NCBI GenBank assembly: GCA_965645245.1
Contig: OZ287068.1
Coordinates: forward strand, 620,001 to 684,000
Direction of reading: 5' to 3'
From: Massalongia carnosa
Lineage: Eukaryota
DNA: 64,000 nt
Shown: in pieces, positions 13,548-23,011 of the stretch
Numbering within the stretch: the stretch's first letter is position 1
How the letters are laid out: each line of letters begins with the position of its first letter
Position numbers and translations under genes: made by a program
Notes under the pieces: model-generated
The model's database searches: none
Told to the model about the DNA's origin: nothing
Seen by the model: the letters and a program-made list of their open reading frames with translations, nothing else

Positions 13548-14783
13548 TTAATCCTCTGTGTGTTCAGGATCAGGGTCCAATCCCATCACCGCCTTGATAT
13601 GGTGCCTGACTAGCTGTGTAGAGGAATCGGTACCGTATCTAAGCTCTGCTGACTCTTCCGACATTTCACCGTGTCCTGGGACATTATGTTCTTTTAGAAC
13701 CTCCTCTAGCGTTGTTTGAACATGTACCCTCGCGTCTGGCTCGGATATCGTAGTCCTCCTCCTTATAATAACCTCTTGGCCTTCGATCGATAATATTGAT
13801 AAATCTGCCACATATTCGCTTGTCTGCCTGTGTTTCACTCTTCTTGGCTCTAATTCGTCGTATGCTTTTCGCTTCCGCACTGTAGGGTGTACGCCTTGTA
13901 CCATAGGCCTTTCGAGTTGTCCATATTCTAACCCCCACTTTACCGCTAGGGCTTGAAGACACAATTCAGGATGCGCCGCAATTGCGACTTCGAGGGTGTC
14001 ATATTGAGTGGCATCTGCATCCTCGGATTCGTGGATCTTCCAGTCTTGCCAGCCATCAATAGCGTAGTGTTTCGCCAGTCGTTGAAGAGCAGGGACTATT
14101 AGAGTTAGGTTGATAAGCATGTTCGAAAACTTGATAAGCTTACTGTTAGACTTGAGATACCAAAAACGTCTGACCGTCAAGGGAAAATCAGGAGCCACTA
14201 TATTCTTCGATTGGCCAGCTTGGTCTTGGACAAGTGCTCGAACCTTTTCGATTGAAAGATTCAATCTGGTGACCAAACGATTTCTCGCTACCGCCATAAG
14301 GTTGTCTGTTGACGCCTCGAGCTTGTCTGTGGACGCCTTAAGGTCGTCTTTAACAACCTTAAGGTCATCTTTGGTCGCGAACGCCTTAAGGTCATCTTTG
14401 GTCGCGAACGCCTTAAGGTCATCTTTAGTCGCGAACGCCTTAAGGTCGTCTTTGGTCGCGAACGTCTTAAGGTCGTCTTTGATCGCCTTGAATTGCTTTT
14501 GGATGTACTTGAAATGATCATCACCTTTCTTGTCGACCCTTTCAACCTTCTTATCCAGTTCATCTAGACGGCAATCCAAGTAGCGGCGATCATCGTATAA
14601 ATACGTTGCCGATTCACTCAACATACTGATGGCGCCATTGAGGAATGGTCTCAGATCTGTCTCGGAATCTGAAGGTCGCTCAGGTAAAACTAAAGTGACT
14701 GAGCCGGAAGAGCACGCTTGAGCCGTCTTAGAGAGAGCCTTTAGTTTCTCGAAAGAATAAAACATAGAGGTTGGTGCTGCCAT
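13548..14783 (-). CDS. Coiled-coil protein with nonad (FATKDDLKA) repeats and a putative DUF1773/Mug135-like domain
   Basis: 411-aa ATG ORF. Probable 48-nt intron at 14096-14143 (GTAAGC...CTAAC...TAG) gives ..WYLKSN|IPALQRL... Repeat stalk is followed by AVARN..IEKV..PDFPLTVRRFWYL..LQRLAKHYAI. Confidence 0.75.
   Translation of the reverse strand: MAAPTSMFYSFEKLKALSKTAQACSSGSVTLVLPERPSDSETDLRPFLNGAISMLSESATYLYDDRRYLDCRLDELDKKVERVDKKGDDHFKYIQKQFKAIKDDLKTFATKDDLKAFATKDDLKAFATKDDLKAFATKDDLKVVKDDLKASTDKLEASTDNLMAVARNRLVTRLNLSIEKVRALVQDQAGQSKNIVAPDFPLTVRRFWYLKSNSKLIKFSNMLINLTLIVPALQRLAKHYAIDGWQDWKIHESEDADATQYDTLEVAIAAHPELCLQALAVKWGLEYGQLERPMVQGVHPTVRKRKAYDELEPRRVKHRQTSEYVADLSILSIEGQEVIIRRRTTISEPDARVHVQTTLEEVLKEHNVPGHGEMSEESAELRYGTDSSTQLVRHHIKAVMGLDPDPEHTED
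14300..14490 (-). repeat. Coding tandem repeat: four 27-bp units plus 21-bp heptad units
   Basis: Plus-strand unit cgccttaaggtcatctttggtcgcgaa is repeated. Peptide: KDDLKTFATKDDLKAFATKDDLKAFATKDDLKAFATKDDLKVVKDDLKASTDKLEASTD. Confidence 0.95.
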
Positions 14784-15809
14784 GATGCGTCTTGATGCGA
14801 TCTGGATAACGATGGTTGGTTGAAGGGATGATGGTGTGTGCCGCTCATAAGTCGGAAATCACATGACCCCGTTTCCTTTCAGCCTCATAATTCGCACTAG
14901 GTATCACCTTTCATCCTACTTGTTCCTACACTTATTGCTAAACACTTTCATGCAAAATCTGTGTAAACGAGCTTTATCAACCTTGTAACGAGAATGATGA
15001 CACTGTCACTCATCTTATGGTAGCTGAGAATGACACTGAAACAATCCAAAGATTGTTTTTCACTGTCAACTTTAATCTCGAATCCCCCATACTAACGACG
15101 AATCAGCTCTCCCGCCAGTTCCTAAGCTTGATAAAAAGATGTGCATTACCATTTCAAAACAAGATGTTCGTCACTCAAATATAATGGTTGCATGGTTCGG
15201 TTTGAATCATATAGAAGAACTTTTCAAAGCGTTCTTGAGGAGTGTCTAGTGTTGATAATCTGTCTATTGCTGATGATAATCGAAATCTCTCAATGAGAGA
15301 GTAATCAAATCGATACTGGGATCGAAAAGCATCTATACATATCTCCACCAGTTAGGCCATCAAATCAACAGGTCTCCTTAACAGAATAGTAAGGCAACAA
15401 CCAGAGTATAAGAATGCGGCTCGAAAAATTTATGTTTCATTCAGGAAGGATGTAGCCTGTTGAGAATCACTACCAATGTTACTTAGTCTGCTCCTCGGTA
15501 TTCAACTCCTGTCAACAAAGCTAGCAGTGACGTGGATATTTCTCGCTGTCTACGTGAGAACCATATGATGCTGCTTATTTTGTCAAGGAGCTCCTTTAGG
15601 AAAGTCGCCCATTGGTAGTCGACCTAGAAGCTAGAGGTAGTACCGGTTTGATCTCGTTTGTATTAGCATGCAAGTGTTAGAAGGTCGAACTTGCTAGGTA
15701 TCTTTTGGGAAATGAGGCAGATTCGCGGACGGTTGACAACGAAGGCTATACTGCGGTGAGCTATAAGGTTGCTTTGGAATCTCTCCGAGAAATCATTCTC
15801 GACCTTGCG

Positions 15810-16030
15810 GATTACAAGCACATGTGCTATCTAGAAGTGGCTGTTACCGCTCTGCACTCAGTTACGGAGTGAGGCGAAAAACTTGATCCGGAGGTGTTGC
15901 CGTTTCTGCTTCATTTCCTAAAACTTACGACACAGCTCATCAGAAGCAAATGATAATTCACGGCCGGACCGGTCTCCATTCTGCTGTTCGATGCCAGAAT
16001 GGGAAAATGGCTAAGCTACTTGTGATTCAT
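15810..16030 (+). pseudogene. Decayed ankyrin-repeat gene fragment
   Basis: Fragments VTALHSVTE*GEKLDPEVLPFLL and EANDN/(+1)HGRTGLHSAVRCQNGKMAKLLV match the ankyrin consensus D..G.T.LH.A......v.lL, with a stop and frameshifts. Confidence 0.45.
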
Positions 16031-17402
16031 CGAATTGGACGTGCAGGTCTGCAAATCTCAAACCAGAACTTTCAGGAGAGTGGGAAAGTATTCTCGCCAG
16101 AGCTTGAGGAGACAATGTTGTCAATATGTCAGCCTTTATGTATATCAGGGGACGTCTTATTATTTTCAAACGATCTTGCTCTTATCGCTGAGCGGAAGGG
16201 TTCTACCCTGCATTGATGCTTCAACTCGAGCTTGAATGATGTCTACGGAGATCTAGATACGATAAATTACGCATTTCAAGCAAGAGCTGAGATAAGACAC
16301 GGAAGGTTGGGGAGTCATGCTGAGAGCGAAAGTAAGCGGTCTATCCCGGCAAGGATTCGCCAACGTAGAGAGAGCGTAAAAAAAAAAAGGAAATGGAAAC
16401 GTCAACCGTTCCCTTCTCAGCATCGGCCTTTTCCTATCCTATCTTCTATCTTCCAATCTTTCCAATCCTTTCAATCTCCAATACCCCTCTCCACCCTGCC
16501 CGGAACATACCTACCTATCTACCTACCTACCCACTCTCATACCACCCCACTCATCTCTTTCCCGGAACAACCCCACACCAACCCAACAAACACACCACCT
16601 ACTAAGACGGGAATGAGGGACGAACCATGGTAGTTCAGTTCAGTTCAGCTTTCCGGTTCTCGAAGACAAAAACGGCAAGGAATCGATTCGCGTTGCCTAC
16701 CTGCTTGCTTGCTTGCTTGCCAGGCCCTTTTTTCCCTTTCTACCTTCATCACTTTTATTACTTCCATCACCTCTATCACTGACTGACTGACTAAACCGAA
16801 TGGGCTTTCCCCCCAAAACCATCCCAGTTTTCCGATGGGGGGAGGGGGAGGGGGAGGGGTTCTTTTAACATCGCCACTGACAACAATGTGTACGGGAACG
16901 CTGAGTGAGAACATAGGTAAAAGTGCTTTGGGGGGGTGGGATGGTATATGTATGCAGTTGTAGGCCGGGGTAGGTGGGGGAGGGAGGACCTGTCTCTACA
17001 TATCTCGCTCTGTATGTGCAAGGTGCATTGCGTGTAGTTACTCTGGGCCTGTGTATGTGAAAAGGGCAAGGTGGGGACCCTGGTCGTGTCTTTCTTTATG
17101 AACACAACATCAACAGGGTAAGTAGGTAGGCTAACTACATACACCATCCGCCCCCTTTTCCCTCCCTCCCTAACAGAACATCCCCCAACAAAAAATCATC
17201 CCTAGTGATTATGGCTTCCGTGCCGAAGAAAAAAAACAACAATGTTGTTGTCGAAAACTAAGAACGGATTTGGGTATCAAAAAATCGCTACTTCCTGCCT
17301 CCCTCCCTCCATTCCATTACCACTTTTCGAACGGCCGCTGTAACGGAAACCGTTCACGTTCAGGAAATTCTCCCCTAGAGTTAAAAATACGAGATAAGCA
17401 AG

Positions 17403-19886
17403 CTACGTCCTCTTTCGATGCAGCTTCCACTCCGCCTTCGCGACCCGCATCAGCAGCTCCTCGTCACGGACCGGGATCCAGCTCGTGAGCACCTTCATGG
17501 AATTCTCAAAATCTGAGTCGAGCAAGATGTCGCGCGTGCCGTCGACTAGGGCGGCGGAAGCGGCGTGCAAGACGTCGAGACCGCCGTTGAAGGATTTTGG
17601 CAAGGTATTTGGGGGAAGAGCGTCTGCGGTGGAAGAAGAGTTTGAAGGAGGTGGAAGTGGAGGGATCGGATCGGGGTCACCGAGGAGCATGAAGACGTCC
17701 CAAACGCGGAGTTGGGCGGGGAAGGGGATGGAGTAGTTGAAGAGGGTGAGGTACCAGCGGGTGCCGTACGCGGTGGGGGAGATGTTTAGCTTCGTCTAAG
17801 GACATAGTCAGCCATCTTGTCCAACACATCTTTGCAGTTGGTCGAGCCATCGAGGGTAACATTACAAGGTGAAGCTTACTAGTTTCGTAGCTAGCTCCCC
17901 GTTGCCAAGCCAAGTCTTTTCAAACTCGTCGAGAGCGAGCATTAATCCTTGGAACCCGGCTTCGTAAAGTTGTTCTAGACCCCGGAGCTGCCACAGCCGC
18001 ACAAGCATCACAAATGCCATTTCTTCGTCAAAGTAGCAGAGAAGGGTGGCCGCCAAGGCCGCCATACCTTGCACATAGCCGGTGTCTGGGAAGTAGATGG
18101 ACAGACAGTGCAGGACCCTAAACAGCAGTCTTTGTCCTCCACGATAACGCCGCCGAAACATGATGTGGCTATTGATTGTGCGCGGGACGTCAATATCGAT
18201 TTGCACATCATCGGGAGATCCTTGGTCAATTAATTTTTGGAAAGTCGTGATAAGCTGCTCGTCGCTCGGGCTACCTTTTCGATTTTTGGCACTGGCCGTC
18301 ATGAACGCGTGCCATGCTGTTGCGCGCCATCGATCAGGTATCCCTTTCCAAGTCCTCTCGATCACTTTGGGGCTCTTCGTATCAAACTCGAACGTCATCC
18401 CGCCACCGTCTCGGTTCTTGTTGACTATCTTGGCCATCTTCCTCCATTTCCCCTCCCTCTCCCACTCCTTTCTTTTCAGCTCCTCCGCAGCCTGGCTACT
18501 CTCGTCATTTTCTGCAATGTCAGCCAGCCCCGGTGGAAGAGTTAGCATGTCGCCTGCTTCGTCTATGATCCTTCGGTCCTTGTGATGTGGGAGTCGGCTG
18601 GTGGTGGATCGAAGCTTTGATTGACCACCACTAATGCTACCTTGGCTCGAGCTTTGCGATGAAGACGGGCGGACCAATCTTGATGAAGTTCTTCTTGTGG
18701 TTAGGTGTGCAGTCGCCGAAAGTGGAGTTCTAGTTGATGCGTTCCTCCTTACCGTGCTTCGCTCCCTTCGGGGTGCTTCAGATGCAACTTGTAGAGAAGT
18801 AGAAACACGCTGAATTCGGGGCGGATCTGGTAGTGGAGAGTTTAATGACGACCCCTGGGAAGACAGCTTGCGTTGAACAATGAATCCATATCGATCCACA
18901 TCCCCGCCTCTGATGTCCTCCCAGTCTTCTATCCCACTTGCCAGTTCGTTCTCCTGCAACATTATAAGACTTTCTGTCTTACTATCCACCGTGGCAGCAA
19001 AGGATGGGTTCCTACTTTCCGGGGCGACATTCAAATCTCCGAATAGCACTCCATTGGATTGAACCGGTGATCGTGGAGCTTCTTCCGTAACAACACCATT
19101 ATCAAGCCCGCTTTTGTCCTTTACATGTGTTCTTCCAGCCCAATCAGATACCCTATCTGTTCCTCCTTCGTACATGGAGCGCACTTTGTGAGAAAGCATT
19201 TCGTCATCCGCAGAGAGTATTCGAGCGGGGACGCTCGGCGATGGTAGGGGCAACGAAGCATCTGGTATTCTGCGGCTGCCTACTAGCAGGGAATGCTTGA
19301 AAGGCGACCCGTTGGCATTGTTCGCCTTCTTGCCCCCAATCAGCATGCTTCCTCGCTTTGAAAAATCCACTTGACCAGGGATTGTCAAATCGTCAAATGT
19401 CCCGGTCGGAATATCCGTCACGATCCCCATGAAAGGCATTGGCGGTGTTGAAGATTTTATCTGGTCTTTCGAAACTCGTTGCCTCATCGATCCCCATCTC
19501 GTGTTTCTTTTGGAGGACGTCGTGGCTGCAGCGTCAGCTAAAGGAAACTTTGGAGGGTTGGGAGAGTCATTCAGGCTTGCCGCAGACTCTTTGTCGGTCC
19601 CGAGAGCTGTGCGGTTCTCAAGTGGTGTGTTGGTGGCAGATGGCGCCGGTGCTGAATCTCTTCTCGTTCCGTCCGTTAACTTTAAGCAGGCTGAGTAAGG
19701 CGAAAGCTGTTGACTTGCGGAAGTGATCGGTCGCCCTAAGCCTGTTTGTTTTAGATGAGGTAAAGGCGGAGGCGATGAACCACTCGTGAACGGAATAGGC
19801 GGTTTCGCAGCTGCAGTGCTTTCATAGCAAACAGCTTTGAGGCTCCCAATGCTCTGGGGGCGAGGTGAGGTCGGCATCGGCTTCAT
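17403..19886 (-). CDS. Rab GTPase-activating protein (TBC domain)
   Basis: Exons 19886-17880 and 17795-17403. Motifs KGIPDRWRATAW, QIDIDVPRT (IxxDxxR), YVQGM (YxQ), RWYLTLF..AQLRVWDVF. Confidence 0.93.
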
Positions 19887-21507
19887 GACATATTGGTCGA
19901 AGGGTGTGCCTTGCGAATGTTTTGACAGCGACTGCCATGAAGATAAGGAGGAAATATGTAGTTAAAGCAATGGGGCCGGTCACGGTGCTGGAAGTGCTGG
20001 AAGTGCTAGAAGTGCTGTTTATGCAGGATCAGGGAGTGCATATGTGTATCGACCCCGGATTGAAGCTCACTCTTAATGGGGCAAGGCGTAATGTAATGTC
20101 CAAGTGCTGAAGGTATCAAGATTACCGTTTTTGAGCTCAGACCTGTCATGCAGCACTTTTGCTTGCTTTCACTTCTCATTGGATGGGGGTAAGGTGGGTA
20201 TCATTAGCTCCGTTACACATCCCAAGTATTGCCTCAACATTCCATGAAAAAATACCCTGAGACGTAATATTACGCTCGTTCCTGTACGTTCGCGACATCG
20301 GACGTGTTCTTTTGAACTTTCCACGCGTTAAACCGGCCGAAGTAATCCCTGAGTGGCTTAGGGCAAAAGCCTTTCTGCGCGCCATCATGTGCGTCAAGCG
20401 CGTTGATCTCCTTTTTGTAATTCAAAACCATCTATTGTTGATTGGTGGAGATTCATGGCGGAGAGGCGGAAAAGCCACAGGATCTCAACTAACTAGGCAT
20501 TTTCATTTTCGCTTTCCCAACCTTAGGGCATCGAGTACCGAGTACCGAGTACTTCGTATGCTACCATTCCTCTCTAATAGCCACATCACCTTCTGGCCAA
20601 AAAAAAGCTTCATCATGTTTTCCTACATAGTCCACCGGTAATCCTGTTCGCCTTGATCCATGGAACTATTTATTAGTCTATAGGATCTCGGGATTACTTC
20701 CGTTGTGATCTTGGTTTAGAAGAAATATTTTGTATCTAATCTCCTATTTTCTTCAACCGAGACTCCGGTCTTCTGATACCGACTGCTTACAACCTATTCA
20801 AGGGGTCTTTGCATCTTACGAGGCCAAATGAAACACATATCATGACTGCTGGCTGGTGAAAGGTCTACGCCCATGAACCATCCTAAGGCTCGGTTTCCAC
20901 CTCGCTCAGCTGATGAATGGCTGGTAAAGGAAATTAACCATTCTCGTCTACCTACTAAGCCAGGTATGCAACCTCTCCAGCAAAAGCAAATCGACCTAAC
21001 AAATAAGAAATAAACGGAATTGACGACCGGGATATGTCATGTCAGAGCACTGAGATGCACAACTCTCCAAGATCGCCATCCAGAGTTTTTACTGGTGGTC
21101 AAAAAACTACCTGTCTATTGTATAACAGCACACTTTTAGGAAAAGGTTTGTAGAAGTACACCTCTAACGTCATACCTGTTAGTCATACCTGTTGGCGCAT
21201 GCAAGAAAGGCTGCTGAAAGTACTCCTGTAAGATATACAGAGTATTGTACCATCCACTGATCCTAAAGTTTTCACAAAGGTACAACCTTAGAGCTTCAAC
21301 GGAAGTGGCACGCCATGACAAAAAGGGTACCAAGCCACGTGCGCAAAACTCCAAAGATTTTAGGATTACATACTCCGTACATTCTTCGTAACATCTCAGA
21401 ACTTTCCCGAGAAGAGCAATCTCCTCTCTCAACTTCATAGCTTCAACCGGGTATAAACATTCAATCAATCAGCCTTTCGACGCCAAATAAAAGAGAAACC
21501 TCCATCC

Positions 21508-22697
21508 TTAACAACTCCTCTCCGCCACAGTCCCGAAAACCCTAAACCTCTTTACTCCCCCGTCAGGAATAATCGTCATCTTGATATGCGTATACGCCCT
21601 CCCAACCACATTCCCCAATTCCCCCTCTCCAAAGTCGAACTCCGTATCCGGGCCCAATACCTTCTCCCCTAAGATCTCCACCCACCTATCCTCCCCCTTT
21701 CCCTTCCACCCCTCCCCCTCCCCAAAATCCGCCCCATGCACCTTAAACGCCCTCGGATAATTCCCACGAAAATGCCTGGTATCCACCACGATCCTACCCA
21801 CGCACCCCCTAAACCCCAACCGTACCACCACCCAATCCTCATGCCCCGCCCCCCGACTCCGCCTGGTCTCCCACCCATCCCCCATATCCTCCCCCCTACC
21901 CGGCAGCAACAGATTGCCCGCGCGCCCCCATCGCTCGTTGCTGCACCCCACCGCCACGCCACCCATGCCCGCCGCGCTAAGCTCCACTTCCCCACCCGCC
22001 ACCATGAGAGACGGGATCGCCTCCCCGTACAGCCGGAACCGCGCAATGCCCCCGTCGGGAAACATGCGCAGCCGCACATGCGTCATCACATCGTAGTCCT
22101 CCCCATCGGGTTCTTCGGGGGGGATCCACCACGCGTGCCGCCGACTCGGTCCGCACGCCCGCTTCCCCAGCACCTCCCTCCACCTGGCATACTCCCCCGC
22201 CGCCACCCGTACGTCCGCACCTTCCCCCTGCTCGAAACAGCCATCGACCGCCACCGCCTCGGCGTGGTTCCCGTCGAAAAACGCCGTGTCGATTTCCACC
22301 CCGCGTGCGCGCCCGGCCGCCACGCCTAGCCTGATCACCACCCAGTCATACGCGGCCGGGTTGTGGCGGCGGGTTTCCCACCCGTCGTACCAGGCGCCAG
22401 TGGCGATGTAGACGCCGGGCCGGTGGAGAGGGGGGTGTGGGCTTAGGAGGTTGGTTGCTGGGGCAAAGAATTCGTCGGAGGTGGAGAGGATGGTGGAGCC
22501 GAGGGGCCGGGAGATTAAATCTAGGGGGGGGTTAGGGTTTTTTGGAGGTGATATTTTGGGGGTTTGGGGGAGGAAGAAGAGGTACCGGTATAATTGGATG
22601 TGAAGGTGCTGGAGATTTGATCGATGGGGATGGAGTCGTTGGGGATCGAAGGGGTGATATCTTGAATGGTTTCAGGGGATAGGGATTGAATTTCCAT
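21508..22697 (-). CDS. Allantoicase
   Basis: Exons 22697-22586 and 22520-21508. Two allantoicase repeats: SDEFFAPA.NLL, YDGWETRRHN, IDTAFFDGN, PDGGIARFR, MGDGWETRR, VDTRHFRGNYP, PDGGVKRFR. Confidence 0.95.
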
Positions 22698-23011
22698 GAT
22701 TGGTAGATTCGAGATTGTGGCTTGGTGGAAGTTGCGGTTGGTGGGGTGGGATAAGGAAACGTGATCAATACAAAAAGGGTTTTTATGCAAGCTCAGCTAG
22801 ATCGCATTCATGCCTCAAGGACTGCCATAACATGGGATTCTCTCAAAGCTCTATTCCGCAAGCTCGCTATACTCTTCGCATTACACATTGATATGCGTAC
22901 ATTTGATCTATCCTTCCTGGCGACCTCGCCCTGGATCCATAACCAAACGCCGCGGCGATGCAGAATTGGATTACGATCTCCCCACGCAGCCCCAAAACCT
23001 CTTCCAAGGTT

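Noticed and set aside
14335..14490. 27-bp direct repeats as a possible CRISPR array
   Set aside because: Units are contiguous with no spacers, lie in frame in a coding ORF, and the DNA is eukaryotic.
10650..16400. Starship or transposon as the explanation for the accessory island
   Set aside because: No tyrosine recombinase, transposase, reverse transcriptase, LTR, TIR or target-site duplication could be seen.
21136..21468. 110-aa minus-strand ORF directly after allantoicase
   Set aside because: Non-ATG start, no motif; probably 3' UTR or intergenic.
21669..22329. Long alternative-frame and antisense ORFs over allantoicase
   Set aside because: Expected by-product of extreme GC content and skew in the real CDS.
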